Below, piece after piece: positions 41,309 through 52,924 of a stretch of 64,000 nt of DNA. Under the pieces are notes generated by a model, which saw only the letters and a list, made by a program, of their open reading frames with translations, did no database searches and was not told where the DNA came from. The position numbers and the translations under genes were made by a program. The DNA is from an uncultured delta proteobacterium (lineage in GTDB: Bacteria; Desulfobacterota; Desulfobacteria; Desulfobacterales; JAFDCJ01): NCBI GenBank assembly GCA_963769935.1, contig CAVYNY010000010.1, positions 1 through 64,000 on the forward strand, given 5' to 3'. Position 1 is the stretch's first letter; every line of letters starts with the position of its first letter.

Positions 41309-42451
41309 TCAGTACGCCGTATGCGTCTCCTTATTAATTTTTTCTTCCGTAACCTTACCCCGCATCACCCGATACACCCAGCTGCTGTAAGCCAGTACAA
41401 TGGGCAGAAAGACAACCACCGCAAAAAACATCAGGTTCAGGGTGCGATGACTTGAAACGGCATCGTAAACAGTCAGGCTGCCGTTAGGGTCCGCGCTGGA
41501 GGGCATGACAAACGGAAACATGGCAAAACCGGCGGTCAGGATGACACCGGCCAGTGCAGCACCGCTGCACACAAAGGCCGCCCCGGCGCGTTTGGTTCCG
41601 GACAGTAAAAGTGCCAGAATGCTTCCGGCAAAGGCCAGTATCGGAGCGATTATCGTGTATCCGCATATGGTGTAGTTTTGCATCCAGGCGCCGGCTGCTG
41701 TTTCCACTTTCTTGGCGAGCGGGCTGAAAGCGGTTCCGGCCTCCGGCATGGCCGCGATTCGATAACCGTCGATACCGAAAGCCTGCCAGATACCGGCAGC
41801 CGCGAAGGCGGCCATGAAGACAATTCCGAAAATCCAGGCCGCTTTTTTGGCACGGGCCTTGATTTCACCTTCGGTGCGCATTTGAAGATAGACCGCCCCG
41901 TGCATGATGAGCATGGTTAAACTGATAATGCCGGCCAGAAGCGCAAACGGATTCAGCAGCCCCCAGAAACTGCCGGTATAGTGCGGACGCATAAATTCAT
42001 CATAATTAAACGGTACCCCCTGCAGCAAATTGCCGAACGCTACGCCAAAAATCAGGGCCGGCACCAATCCCCCCACAAACAGACCCCAATCCCATGCGTT
42101 GCGCCAGCGGGGATCTGAAATTTTGCTGCGGTATTCAAAGCCGACCGGACGGAAAAAGAGCGCAAACAATACCAGCAGCATGGCCCAGTAAAAGCCTGAA
42201 AAAGCCGCCGCGTAAACCAGCGGCCAGGCAGCGAAAAGAGCGCCGCCGGCGGTAATCAGCCACACCTGATTGCCTTCCCAGGTGGGGCCGATGACATTGA
42301 GCACGACACGGCGCTGCGCGTCTGTTCGAGCGACAAACGGCAGAAGCGTACCAATGCCTAAATCAAATCCGTCCATGATTGCAAAACCGATTAATAAGAC
42401 GCCGACGAAAACCCACCAGATGATTTTCAAAGTGAGGTAGTCGAATAACAT
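41309..42451 (-). CDS. cydB: Cytochrome bd oxidase subunit II
   Basis: DGFDLG, PTWEGNQVW, RPVGFEYR. Confidence 0.95.
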   Translation of the reverse strand: MLFDYLTLKIIWWVFVGVLLIGFAIMDGFDLGIGTLLPFVARTDAQRRVVLNVIGPTWEGNQVWLITAGGALFAAWPLVYAAAFSGFYWAMLLVLFALFFRPVGFEYRSKISDPRWRNAWDWGLFVGGLVPALIFGVAFGNLLQGVPFNYDEFMRPHYTGSFWGLLNPFALLAGIISLTMLIMHGAVYLQMRTEGEIKARAKKAAWIFGIVFMAAFAAAGIWQAFGIDGYRIAAMPEAGTAFSPLAKKVETAAGAWMQNYTICGYTIIAPILAFAGSILALLLSGTKRAGAAFVCSGAALAGVILTAGFAMFPFVMPSSADPNGSLTVYDAVSSHRTLNLMFFAVVVFLPIVLAYSSWVYRVMRGKVTEEKINKETHTAY

Positions 42452-42551
42452 TTTTCAACTCTCCAATAGGAACGACGTTCAAATTACAATTAAGTAATTA
42501 AGGTCCATTTAAAAAAGAAAGAGCGAAGCGACATCCATAAATCTTCAATCT

Positions 42552-44120
42552 TCAATCTTCAATTCCGCTGCCCTGCTCAAAATAATATCTCCCGGTGTGC
42601 AAACTGCTGGGACCGAGACGGACGAATTTGGTCATCAGATACATTTCAACGATCAGAAGAACCGTGTAAAGTGCGATCACCGCGCTAAGGGAGCCGATGA
42701 TATCCCCTGACGTCAGGCTCGAGGCGGATAGGTAGGTGGGCAGTACCCCGCCGATGGTCCAGGGCTGACGCCCATATTCCGACACAAGCCAGCCCAGTTC
42801 TATGGCGATCCAGGGAACCGGCAGGCTGTAAAACAAGGTTTTTAAAAGCCACCGTTTTTGGTCGAACGCGCGGGTGGCACAAAAGTAAAAGCTGGTCGCA
42901 ATCAGGGCCAGCATATAAAAACCCAATCCCACCATGACACGAAACGACCAGAACATGGTCGCCACGTTGGGAATGGTATTGCGCGCGGCCTGCCGGATCT
43001 GTTGATCGGAGGCATCCACCACCTTGGGCGTATAGCGTTTTAAAAGCAGGCCGTATCCCAGATTCTCCTTGTTTTGGTTGAACAGCAGCTTGTTTTTTGC
43101 CGATTGATCACCTTGGCGCAGTTTCCCAAGCATATCATAAGCAATCATTCCGCTGCGAATGCGTTGTTCGTTGTCCGCAATTAAATCCTGCACCCCGGGC
43201 ACCGGTGTATCAGTCGACCGGGTAACGATAATTCCTCCGAGCCAGGGTATTTTAATTGCGGCGAGGGTTTTCTGCGCTTCCTGATCCGGAAAGCCGAACA
43301 GGGTGAAATGGCCCGGCGGCGGCTCGGTCTTCCATTCGGCCTCCATGGCGGCCAGCTTAACCTTCTGAACCTGGCCGACCACATAGCCGGTTTCATCCCC
43401 CAGCACGATGACGGACAAGATCGATGCCAGTCCGAATCCGGCCGCCACGGCAAAGGAGCGCCGCGCAAAAGCCGGGTCGCGGCCTTTGAGCAAGTAGTAG
43501 GAACTGACGGCCAGCACGAATATGGAAGCCGCCACATAGCCGGCGCCGACCGTATGAACAAATTTCACCTGGGCGACCGGATTATAAAACAGTTCTTTAA
43601 AACTGGCCAGTTCCATGCGCATGGTTTCGAAATTAAATTCCGCCCCAACCGGATTCTGCATCCAGGCATTGGCAATCAGAATCCACAAGGCGGAAAGATT
43701 GGAACCCAGGGCCACTAAAAAAGTCACCGCTAAATGAGCCCGTTTGCTGAGACGATCCCAGCCGAAGAAAAACAGTCCCACAAAGGTGGACTCCAGAAAA
43801 AAGGCCATCAATCCCTCGATGGCCAGCGGGGCGCCGAAGATATCCCCCACATAATGCGAATAGTAGGCCCAGTTGGTTCCGAATTGAAATTCCAGGGTAA
43901 GGCCGGTGGTAACTCCCAGGGCAAAGTTAATGCCGAACAATTTACCCCAGAAACGGGTCATGTCCTTGTAAATTTGCATGCCGGTCATGACATAGACCGA
44001 CTCCATGATAAACAGTATCCATGACAGACCCAGGGTCAGAGGCACGAATATGAAATGGTACAGGGTTGTCAGGGCAAATTGCCAGCGGGATAGATCGACG
44101 AATGCTTCGGTAGGTAGCAT
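42552..44120 (-). CDS. cydA: Cytochrome bd oxidase subunit I (long Q-loop)
   Basis: [30 protein letters not shown]. Confidence 0.96.
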   Translation of the reverse strand: MLPTEAFVDLSRWQFALTTLYHFIFVPLTLGLSWILFIMESVYVMTGMQIYKDMTRFWGKLFGINFALGVTTGLTLEFQFGTNWAYYSHYVGDIFGAPLAIEGLMAFFLESTFVGLFFFGWDRLSKRAHLAVTFLVALGSNLSALWILIANAWMQNPVGAEFNFETMRMELASFKELFYNPVAQVKFVHTVGAGYVAASIFVLAVSSYYLLKGRDPAFARRSFAVAAGFGLASILSVIVLGDETGYVVGQVQKVKLAAMEAEWKTEPPPGHFTLFGFPDQEAQKTLAAIKIPWLGGIIVTRSTDTPVPGVQDLIADNEQRIRSGMIAYDMLGKLRQGDQSAKNKLLFNQNKENLGYGLLLKRYTPKVVDASDQQIRQAARNTIPNVATMFWSFRVMVGLGFYMLALIATSFYFCATRAFDQKRWLLKTLFYSLPVPWIAIELGWLVSEYGRQPWTIGGVLPTYLSASSLTSGDIIGSLSAVIALYTVLLIVEMYLMTKFVRLGPSSLHTGRYYFEQGSGIED

Positions 44121-44256
44121 GAATCGGCTCCTTGCTCGTGTTATTTTTCCAAAAGGCTTTAGATTGGGTTTAAACTTGAACGCCGCAGGCGTTTTGGGGT
44201 AAGAGGACGGTATGATCTCTATTATATTTTGCCGTTAGTTGTCAAACAGATTTCAA

Positions 44257-46041
44257 ATGAAACCCACCAAAAATTCATCCAACAAAATCGCGCGTCGCTG
44301 GCTGCTTAAACGGGTCGGAGCGGCCCGCCGCTGGATATTGCTTTCAATGGGACTGGGGCTGGGCAGCGGAATTTTGCTGATTGTGCAGGCTCGCTATTTA
44401 GCACTTATCGTTCAGGCGGCCCTTTTGCAAAAACGCCCGCTGGCGCAGATGTGGCCCTTTTTCTGGATTCTGATAAGCGTTGTCGGTTTGCGGGCCGCCC
44501 TCGGCTGGGCCAGAGAAATATCCGGATTCTATGCCGGAGCCGGGATTCGGCATCAAATCCGGCTGGAATTAATCACCCACATCACCTCCCTGGGTCCCTC
44601 TTATACGAGCAGCCGGAGCACCGGCGCGCTGGCCAGCGTCGTTATGGAACACGTAGAAGGGCTGCATGATTTTTATGCCTTCTATCTACCCCAGCTGGCT
44701 TTGGCGGTCATGATCCCGGCGGCCATTCTTGCTTTTATCTTTCCTCACAGCTGGGCGGCCGGCGGCCTTTTACTGGCAACCGCACCGCTGATCCCATTTT
44801 TCATGATTCTGGTGGGTATGGGGGCTGAAAGCATCAGCCAGCGTCATTTCAAGGCCCTGGCACGCATGAGTGCTTATTTCCTTGATGTTTTACAGGGCCT
44901 AACCACGTTGAAGCTGTTTGATCGCAGCAAAGGCGCCGAAAAAACCATTGCCGCAGTTTCAGACAACTATCGCAAGCGGACGATGGGGGTATTGCGGGTT
45001 GCATTTTTATCCGCCGCGGTTCTTGAATTCTTCAGCTCCATTTCGCTTGCCCTGGTGGCGGTTTATCTGGGAATGAGCTATCTGGGTTATTTCTCCTTCG
45101 GAGTCTATGGCAAACCGCTGAGTTTGGCGAACGGCTTCTTTATTCTTTTGCTGGCACCTGATTTTTATTTCCCCTTAAGACAACTGGGAACTCACTATCA
45201 TGCCCGGGCAGAAGCCATTGGGGCTGCTGAAGAAATATTGAAAATTCTGACGGTGCCGCGTTCCCGCAAAACGGGTGAGTTAACCGTGCAGCTTGGAAAA
45301 AAGCCTTTTTCCATTCAATACCGGGACGTGCATCTGGCATTTGACGGCGGCCTGAGGCCCGCCTTGAAGGGGATCAGTTTTGATCTCAGATCCGGCGAAC
45401 AGGTGGTGCTGGTCGGCGCCAGCGGCGCAGGTAAAACCACAATTCTAAACCTTTTGCTGGGATTTCTCGTGCCGGACACCGGGCAGATCTTTGTCAACCA
45501 GACGCCTTTGACCGACCTGAATCCCGACCACTGGCGCCATCATATTGCCTGGATCGGACAGCACCCGGTTTTGTTCCATGGAACGATTAGAGAAAATATT
45601 CTGGTCGGAAAACCACACGCATCCGACGAACAGATCGAACAGGCGGCCCGCAATGCCAGGGTCCTGGATTTTTCAATGCATTTGCCGGAAGGACTCGATA
45701 CCCATGTCGGTGAACGGGGTTTGGGCCTATCCCGCGGCCAGGCCCAGCGTGTCGCCCTGGCACGCGCCTTTTTAAAAGATGCGCCGATTTTATTGCTGGA
45801 CGAACCGACGTCCGGCCTGGATGTCGCCAATGAGGCCCTGATCCTCCGGACCTTAAACGAGCTTTCGCAGGGCCGGACGGTTCTTTTGCTGACCCACCGG
45901 TTGGGAAATATCAGGCAGGCGGACCGGATCCTGGTGCTTGAAAATGGCGGTATCGTAGAACAGGGCAAGTACGCCGAGTTGATGCGCGCCGGCGGGATTT
46001 TTCACAAATTGGCAAAAGGGAAATTGAATATTGCAGATTGA
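44257..46041 (+). CDS. cydD: Thiol reductant/heme ABC exporter CydD
   Basis: YLPQ, LEFFS, PLRQLGTHYHARA, LSRGQ. Confidence 0.92.
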   Translation: MKPTKNSSNKIARRWLLKRVGAARRWILLSMGLGLGSGILLIVQARYLALIVQAALLQKRPLAQMWPFFWILISVVGLRAALGWAREISGFYAGAGIRHQIRLELITHITSLGPSYTSSRSTGALASVVMEHVEGLHDFYAFYLPQLALAVMIPAAILAFIFPHSWAAGGLLLATAPLIPFFMILVGMGAESISQRHFKALARMSAYFLDVLQGLTTLKLFDRSKGAEKTIAAVSDNYRKRTMGVLRVAFLSAAVLEFFSSISLALVAVYLGMSYLGYFSFGVYGKPLSLANGFFILLLAPDFYFPLRQLGTHYHARAEAIGAAEEILKILTVPRSRKTGELTVQLGKKPFSIQYRDVHLAFDGGLRPALKGISFDLRSGEQVVLVGASGAGKTTILNLLLGFLVPDTGQIFVNQTPLTDLNPDHWRHHIAWIGQHPVLFHGTIRENILVGKPHASDEQIEQAARNARVLDFSMHLPEGLDTHVGERGLGLSRGQAQRVALARAFLKDAPILLLDEPTSGLDVANEALILRTLNELSQGRTVLLLTHRLGNIRQADRILVLENGGIVEQGKYAELMRAGGIFHKLAKGKLNIAD

Positions 46042-46179
46042 AAATTGAATAATTAAGGTATCCTGACTTCTATTAGGTGTTGCTTTCATCATGAAGAATT
46101 TAAAAATAAAAATGACAGAATTCCACAAATCTTCAATCTACAATTTTCAATATTCAATCCTATTCGGAGGTTAAACACC

Positions 46180-47931
46180 GTGTTTGATCAATGGCGACAG
46201 CTGGCACCTTTTATCAAGTTATTGCGTCACCATCTGAAATGGATGGCTCTGGGCACCGGACTCGGGCTGCTGGCGGTGGCTTCAGCGGTGGGGCTGCTGG
46301 CGTTATCAGGCTGGTTCATCTGCGCTGCCGCATTCGCCGGTTTATCCGTAACAAGCGCGCCGCTGTTTAATTTTTTCCATCCTAGCATCGGGATTCGATT
46401 GTTTGCCATCGGCCGCACTCTGGCGCGCTATGCCGAGAGAGTTGTTACCCACGACACCACCTTCAGGATTTTGCAAAGCCTGAGGAGCTGGTTTTATATT
46501 CATCTGGAACCCCTGGCCCCGTCACGTTTGATGATGTTTCGCAGCGGCGATATATTAAATCGCATCGTCGCGGATATCGATGCGCTGGACAATCTCTATT
46601 TAAGGGTCTTGTCGCCCAGTTTAATTGCGCTGATAATGATGTTTCTGGTAACGGCCTTCCTGTGGATTTTTAATCCGCTTATTGCACTTTCCACCGCACT
46701 GTTTCTGCTGTTAGCCGGATTTGGTGTATCTTTGGCTGCGTTGCGCCTTGGATCGGCCGTCGGGAATATATTAACCCATCGTGTAGCCGATCTGCGAATC
46801 CGGATTGTCGATGGATTGCAAGGCTTGCCGGAACTGCTGGTTTTCGGGGCCTGTCCTCAATATTTTGAAAGGGTGGCGCAGAGCAGTCTGGCGCTGGTAA
46901 AAAACCAGCTGCGCATGAGTCATATCAGGGGAGCGGCGACGGCCCTGCTCACACTGCTTTCCGGGCTTGCCGTTCTGGTTGTGCTTTATCTGGCGGTAAA
47001 TCTGGTGAATCACGGTTCGCTGGATGGCGCCGGTCTGGCGCTGGTAACTTTGGCCGTCATGGCATCATTTGAAGCCGTTTTACCCCTGCCGGCGGCCTAC
47101 CAGTACCTCGGACAAACGCGGGAGGCCGGCCGACGCTTGCTGCAGATCGTGCACACCCGACCCCAGGTGGTTTTTCCCGATCAATCCATCACCCTGGCCC
47201 GGCCGGCTGGGGTAAAATTTGAAAAGGTCAGTTTTCGCTATCATGAAAAAGGGCCCTGGGCCCTGCGCGCAGTTGATTTTCAGATTCCAGCCGGACAGCG
47301 CGTGGCTGTGATCGGCGAGACCGGCTCGGGGAAATCGACCCTGGTTCGACTGCTGGTGCGTTTCTGGAACCCGGTTGCGGGCCATATTCACATCGGCGGT
47401 GAAGATGTTCGCAATTTTAGCGAATCTGAGCTGCGACGGATAATTTCCGTCGTATCACAGCAACCGCACATGTTTAACACCACTATAAAGGAGAACCTGC
47501 TGGTGGCCTGCCCCGGGGCCGGCGAAGATGATTTACGGGCGGCCCTTGATGCCGTGCAATTATCCAATTTTGTAAATGCCCTGCCCAATGGCCTTGAGAC
47601 CTGGATTGGAGAGGCCGGTCAACTTCTATCCGGCGGCCAGGCGCGGCGCCTGGCCGTCGCGCGAGCCATCCTGCACAATGCACCCTTATGGGTGCTGGAT
47701 GAACCGACCGAGGGCTTGGACCCGATTACCGAAAGAAAAATGATGCAGGCCTTAAAAGAACAAATTGCCGAACGGACCTTGCTGCTGATAACCCATCGAC
47801 TGGTTGATTTAAATTGGATGGATCAGATTGTGATGCTGGATCGGGGCCGCATCATTGCCGCGGGAACCCATGAGGAATTGCTGAAAAACAGCCGGCGCTA
47901 CGCTGAGTTGTATATGCGAGTAACGTACTAA
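46180..47931 (+). CDS. cydC: ABC exporter CydC
   Basis: LLALSGWFI, RYAERVVTHD, DEPTEGLD. Confidence 0.92.
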   Translation: MFDQWRQLAPFIKLLRHHLKWMALGTGLGLLAVASAVGLLALSGWFICAAAFAGLSVTSAPLFNFFHPSIGIRLFAIGRTLARYAERVVTHDTTFRILQSLRSWFYIHLEPLAPSRLMMFRSGDILNRIVADIDALDNLYLRVLSPSLIALIMMFLVTAFLWIFNPLIALSTALFLLLAGFGVSLAALRLGSAVGNILTHRVADLRIRIVDGLQGLPELLVFGACPQYFERVAQSSLALVKNQLRMSHIRGAATALLTLLSGLAVLVVLYLAVNLVNHGSLDGAGLALVTLAVMASFEAVLPLPAAYQYLGQTREAGRRLLQIVHTRPQVVFPDQSITLARPAGVKFEKVSFRYHEKGPWALRAVDFQIPAGQRVAVIGETGSGKSTLVRLLVRFWNPVAGHIHIGGEDVRNFSESELRRIISVVSQQPHMFNTTIKENLLVACPGAGEDDLRAALDAVQLSNFVNALPNGLETWIGEAGQLLSGGQARRLAVARAILHNAPLWVLDEPTEGLDPITERKMMQALKEQIAERTLLLITHRLVDLNWMDQIVMLDRGRIIAAGTHEELLKNSRRYAELYMRVTY

Positions 47932-48016
47932 TCAAGTAGAAACTAGCGGGGCGTCTTTGTCTATAAAATAACAAATCACGAGCACCAAATCTCAAATAAA
48001 TTCCAAATTCGAAATT

Positions 48017-48943
48017 TCAATCTTCAATAAAAAGCTCCGTACTGATATAACGCTCCCCGGTGCTGGGTATAATGGCCACGATGATTTTGCCGACGGATTC
48101 CGGCCGCTTGGCAACCTCGATGGCCGCCCAGATGGCAGCGCCGGAGGAGATACCACAAAGAATTCCTTCCTGCTTGGCCGCTTGGCGTGCAGTTTCAAAA
48201 GCATCATCATCGGCTACTTTCACTACATCGTCAATCAGCGATCGTTCCAGTACTTCGGGAATGAAACCGGCGCCGATGCCCTGGATCTTATGCGGTCCTT
48301 TTACACCGCCGGATAATACCGCTGAATTGGCCGGTTCCACGGCAATAGCCTTAAAAGACGGTTTTCTGGGTTTGATGCCTTGGGCCACGCCCGTGAGGGT
48401 ACCGCCGGTTCCGACACCGGCCACCAGAATATCGACCTTGCCCTCGGTATCACGCCATATTTCCTCAGCCGTTGTCTCACGGTGAACTCTCGGATTTGCG
48501 GGATTGGCAAACTGGTTCGGCATCCAGGAGTTTTTTTCAGACTCAAGGATTTCTTTGGCTTTATTGATAGCGCCCCCCATTCCCTCGGTACCCGGCGTCA
48601 ATACCAGCTCTGCTCCCAGGTGTTTCAGTAAGCTTCGCCTTTCCCGGCTCATGGTGTCGGGCATTGTCAGGCAAAGACGGTAATTTTTAGCAGCACAAAT
48701 AAAGGCCAGCGCAATCCCCGTATTCCCACTGGTAGGTTCCACGATCAGCGTCTCAGAATCAAGCAACCCTTCGACTTCCGCCGCTTCAATCATGGAGGCC
48801 GCGATCCGGTCTTTGACGCTGCCCAAGGGATTGAAAAACTCGAGTTTGGCGAATATTTCAGCGCCGGTATCTACAACCATTCGGTTAAGGCGCACCAAGG
48901 GCGTCAATCCGATGGTGCTGCTGATGATGGAATGAAATTTCAT
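48017..48943 (-). CDS. cysK: Cysteine synthase A
   Basis: [24 protein letters not shown]. Confidence 0.96.
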   Translation of the reverse strand: MKFHSIISSTIGLTPLVRLNRMVVDTGAEIFAKLEFFNPLGSVKDRIAASMIEAAEVEGLLDSETLIVEPTSGNTGIALAFICAAKNYRLCLTMPDTMSRERRSLLKHLGAELVLTPGTEGMGGAINKAKEILESEKNSWMPNQFANPANPRVHRETTAEEIWRDTEGKVDILVAGVGTGGTLTGVAQGIKPRKPSFKAIAVEPANSAVLSGGVKGPHKIQGIGAGFIPEVLERSLIDDVVKVADDDAFETARQAAKQEGILCGISSGAAIWAAIEVAKRPESVGKIIVAIIPSTGERYISTELFIED

Positions 48944-49011
48944 AACTCATCTCCTTTTAAAATCCGGCCAGTTGGAAAAGCGCGGGAAAAAAATCGATAA
49001 TCAGGAAGCCG

Positions 49012-50013
49012 TCAAGTTTGGTGGGCCGCCGGTTCAAACGAACGTTTCAAAGAAGAATCCTTTTTTGATTTGTAGATGAGACTCGGTGTTTCCATAATGA
49101 CCGTGGTATCTGCAGGCACGGATTCTGTCAGCCACACGTTGCCGCCGATTACCGAACGGGCGCCGATGATCGTATCTCCCCCGAGAATCGTGGCGCCCGA
49201 ATATATAATTACCTCGTCTTCGATGGTCGGATGACGCTTTTTGCCGCGGAATTGATCGGCCTTATCCTTTGGGATAGAGAGGGCACCCAGGGTCACGCCC
49301 TGATATAGGCGAACGCTGCGCCCGATAAAAGTGGTTTCACCGATAACGACACCGGTTCCGTGGTCAATAACGAAGCTTTCATCAATTTCAGCTCCGGGAT
49401 GTATATCGATCCCGGTAACATTGTGGGCATACTCAGTCATGATCCGGGGCAGCAGGGGGACGCCGAATTCGTATAGCTTGTGGGCAACGCGATAGACGGT
49501 AATGGCGAAAATTCCCGGATAACTGAATATAATCTCGTCATAGCTTTTGGCTGCCGGGTCGCCTTCGTATGCCGCCTGCACATCGGTGGCCAGTGTCTTG
49601 CGAATCGAGGGAATCACTTTTAAAAGCTGCAATGCAGTGGTGTGTCCCTGATCGTCACACTCAGAGCAGCTCTGATCGTAGCGGATGCAATCATGTCTGA
49701 TGCTTCTGCTGATTTGGTCAGACAACAGGTCAAAGATGTGGGCCGTAGATTCGCCCATGCTGTATCTCAAATTAATCGGATCGAGTTTTCCCCTGGTAAA
49801 ATATCCGGGAAATAGGATTTCTCTCAACCGGTCGATAATCTCGATGACGCTTTCCCGGGAGGGTATCGGCTCGTAGTCGATGTGGGTATAGCATTCTTTG
49901 TCATTACAGTTTTCAATGATTTCTTCTGCAATTGCGGGCAACTGGCTTCTGATTTGAGCCAGAGAATTCAAGTCGATTTTACACTTTTGCTCTTTTTTGA
50001 CCGTAGCGACCAT
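49012..50013 (-). CDS. cysE: Serine O-acetyltransferase
   Basis: [29 protein letters not shown]. Confidence 0.93.
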   Translation of the reverse strand: MVATVKKEQKCKIDLNSLAQIRSQLPAIAEEIIENCNDKECYTHIDYEPIPSRESVIEIIDRLREILFPGYFTRGKLDPINLRYSMGESTAHIFDLLSDQISRSIRHDCIRYDQSCSECDDQGHTTALQLLKVIPSIRKTLATDVQAAYEGDPAAKSYDEIIFSYPGIFAITVYRVAHKLYEFGVPLLPRIMTEYAHNVTGIDIHPGAEIDESFVIDHGTGVVIGETTFIGRSVRLYQGVTLGALSIPKDKADQFRGKKRHPTIEDEVIIYSGATILGGDTIIGARSVIGGNVWLTESVPADTTVIMETPSLIYKSKKDSSLKRSFEPAAHQT

Positions 50014-50316
50014 CTTGATGGGATCTCCTTATCGCCGGGTCGCAAATATCGGACCAAATCCTGCAACCGGGTGAGCGAGCACCCGGTCGGTACGGCGGAA
50101 CTCAAAATTGAAGGACGGCGGACATTGCCTCCTCGTATTTTTTTTCATCCCTATTTTTCTCTTTTCGCAGATCTGCTCATCTGTTCACAGGCGCTTTATC
50201 CATTATCGTTTTCGGATCTGTCAATTTGTAATTCTGCAGGATTTTTTACCCGGGCGATACTTCAAAAATAAACTGAAAATGCGCTATGTCAATAAAAGCC
50301 TCATTTTACGTCTTGG

Positions 50317-50451
50317 TTGAAAATTATTGGCATTGATGAAGACTGCCGGGTAAGGCTGGCCTGGCAGGATGCCACCCGACTACTTTATGAAAAACTCGAC
50401 AGCACGACGATTGCAGATCTAGTGAATTCCAATTTTTCCGATTGCAAGTAA
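50317..50451 (+). pseudogene. C-terminal remnant of an Rrf2-family regulator
   Basis: DCRVRLAWQDATRLLYEKLDSTTIADL; no HTH portion upstream. Confidence 0.55.
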
Positions 50452-50544
50452 ACCGGTTTCCCAGGCGCTTGAGTTCGCTGAAAGCAGGCAAAACCGAAAA
50501 CCCGGTTTCGCCTGCGGACGGTTCAGCTGCCGGGACTCAATTGC

Positions 50545-51435
50545 TTAAAACGGGCCTGCCAGGGTTACACGATATTTGCGGAGAAATTGGGCCGGATGGT
50601 AGGAAAGTTTGGCCTTGCGAAGGCCTTCGTCGTTTAAATCCTGTTCGCGGTTTACCCACGTAAAATTGTCAGCCCTATGCGCCAGAAACATCTGATTGAT
50701 GGCTTGGTAAATCCCTTTGTACTGCGTGTCGCCTTTTTCAAAATGAATGACGAGCGTGTCCTGGGTCAAAGCGTCGGCAATCGTGTAGGCCGCCATCTTG
50801 CCGTCGATAAAAATGGCGCCCCCCATGGTGCCGTTTAAATGCCGCCAGTCCCTGAGCATCCGGAATATTGCTTTATTTTCAGCTGAGAGAATCTCGGACG
50901 ACTCGCAATCCCGCCAAACGCACCAATCCTGCTGCATGTTCAGCGCCTGCTCGATGGAATCAGGTCCGATGGGGACATAGGTATACTCGTAATTCCTGGT
51001 AAACTGGTTGAACAGGTTCTTTTTTTTGTGGTAGCGGTTGCCCTTTAATTCAATGAGATCCTTTAGCGCATATAAGTAATCCCAATGTTCTCTTGCCTCG
51101 GCAGCCTCTATCCGATCCCCCAGAGCGGCACGCCAGTATTCGACGAGCTTTTCCGGCACCCGAATAAATTCCGTCCGGCGATCGGCCTGCCCGGCAAATC
51201 TGCGTTGCCAGTCGACTAAATCCCAGGCGCCGACCGGCGCCCATAAATGCTCCTCAGGACGCGTTTGCTTGATCCAGACTAATTGCTCTTCCCAGGCCCA
51301 GCGCAGGCCGTAATCTTCAGCCCAGGCCCATAGATTCAGAAAACTGTAGTCTGAGGCAACCTGGGGGCATTTACCCATTAGCTCCAAATAATCCCTTTGT
51401 TTATCCAGGCGTATCGATTCAAAATTTAGCTTCAT
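50545..51435 (-). CDS. DUF2156 domain protein
   Basis: DYSFLNLWAW, DYLY, HFEKG, NREQDL, GLRKAKLSYHP. Confidence 0.88.
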   Translation of the reverse strand: MKLNFESIRLDKQRDYLELMGKCPQVASDYSFLNLWAWAEDYGLRWAWEEQLVWIKQTRPEEHLWAPVGAWDLVDWQRRFAGQADRRTEFIRVPEKLVEYWRAALGDRIEAAEAREHWDYLYALKDLIELKGNRYHKKKNLFNQFTRNYEYTYVPIGPDSIEQALNMQQDWCVWRDCESSEILSAENKAIFRMLRDWRHLNGTMGGAIFIDGKMAAYTIADALTQDTLVIHFEKGDTQYKGIYQAINQMFLAHRADNFTWVNREQDLNDEGLRKAKLSYHPAQFLRKYRVTLAGPF

Positions 51436-52036
51436 GACTGAGAACTTCGGCAAACTCCTTTCCTGCTTGATAGGCTTCATCCAAATATTGGGGGAACTTA
51501 AGAACATCGCCCTCAAAATCAAGACCCCGGTATAAAAGGGCTTTCCAGAGTTCCATATCAATAACTTCAAAGAAATACTTCAAACTGAGCAGTATTCCAT
51601 CAAACAATTTTTTCCCTTTTGTAGCACCGGCTGAGATGAAAAGCCCTTTACGGCGTTTGGTTTGTTGATCCCTGCCTGTTTTTTCAATCCAGTGTTTTTT
51701 AACCCAAAGAGATTGAAACCGGTCCATTAGAATCTTCGTATGGGCGCTGACAGTATAAAAAAAGACCGGTGAGGCAAGCATTAAACCCTGGGCGGCTAAA
51801 ATCCGGTCCCGTGCTGCCTGAAAATCATCTTTCAGCCTGCATTCACCGGCTTGATTGCAGCCGTAAATCTCAAGGCAGGGAGACATTTTTAAGTCCCGCA
51901 GTACGATTTCTTCTACCCGGGCTCCGGCATCACTTGCACCCCCGACCGCTTTTTTCAACAGCGTCGCTGTATTGCCGTTTCGCCGAGGACTACCATACAC
52001 CGCAACTATCTTTGGTCCTGTCACGCTTTTACCCAT
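51419..52036 (-). CDS. Flavodoxin-fold / iron-sulfur flavoprotein family protein
   Basis: GSPRRNGNT, KDDF, ASPVFFY. Confidence 0.85.
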   Translation of the reverse strand: MGKSVTGPKIVAVYGSPRRNGNTATLLKKAVGGASDAGARVEEIVLRDLKMSPCLEIYGCNQAGECRLKDDFQAARDRILAAQGLMLASPVFFYTVSAHTKILMDRFQSLWVKKHWIEKTGRDQQTKRRKGLFISAGATKGKKLFDGILLSLKYFFEVIDMELWKALLYRGLDFEGDVLKFPQYLDEAYQAGKEFAEVLSHEAKF

Positions 52037-52087
52037 AAGCTTTTGTCTTAAATGGACCGGATTAATTCCTGAAACCCGTGCCTTTGT

Positions 52088-52888
52088 TCAGATCTCCAGC
52101 ACCAGCCCGATCGGACAATGATCGGAGCCATAAATATCATTGTGGATGGGTGTCTCCTTAACCCAGCCCTTGTCGATGATGTCCCGGGTGATAAAAAAAT
52201 AATCAATTCGCCACCCGATGTCGCGATCCCGGGCCTTGAAACGGTAGGTCCACCACGAGTATTTGACGGTATCCGGATTAAAATAACGAAAGGTATCCAC
52301 ATATTCGTTTTCAATTAGGCGGTCGAGCCAGTCGCGCTCAATTCTAAGAAAGCCGGAAGTATTTTCATTTGCTTTGGGATTTTTCAGATCGATTTCGTTG
52401 TGGGCGGTATTATAATCCCCGGTGATAATGAGGCTTCGGCCCTGCTTTTTATACTCATCCGTATATTTGAAAAATGCTTCATAAAAATCAAGTTTGTACT
52501 GCAGCCGTTCTTCACTCATCTGTCCGTTGGGAAAGTATACATTAAAAAAGACAAAATCATCGAAATCCAGCTCCAGAATACGCCCCTCATCATCGTACCT
52601 GGGTTCTCCGATGCCGTGTTTCACGCTTTTGGGTTTGATGCGCGTATAGGCGGCCACACCGCTGTATCCCTTTTTAACTGTGGCATGCGACCAATGGGAT
52701 TCATACGGCTGGATATCGGTGATTTCCGGGGTAAGCTGCGGATGCTGAAGTTTGGTTTCCTGCAGCGCAACAACATCGGCATCCAATAGTTTGACGGAGC
52801 CGAAGAAGTCCTTTTTGAGGGCGGCCCGCAGACCGTTTACATTCCAGGAAATCAACGATATTCTTTTTCTATTCCTTTTCGTAGTCAT
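52088..52888 (-). CDS. xth: Exodeoxyribonuclease III
   Basis: SWNVNGLRA, LQETK, GWRIDY, SDHCP. Confidence 0.95.
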   Translation of the reverse strand: MTTKRNRKRISLISWNVNGLRAALKKDFFGSVKLLDADVVALQETKLQHPQLTPEITDIQPYESHWSHATVKKGYSGVAAYTRIKPKSVKHGIGEPRYDDEGRILELDFDDFVFFNVYFPNGQMSEERLQYKLDFYEAFFKYTDEYKKQGRSLIITGDYNTAHNEIDLKNPKANENTSGFLRIERDWLDRLIENEYVDTFRYFNPDTVKYSWWTYRFKARDRDIGWRIDYFFITRDIIDKGWVKETPIHNDIYGSDHCPIGLVLEI

Positions 52889-52924
52889 TTTCCCGACGCT
52901 ATCAGAGTTAAAAAATTGATCGAC

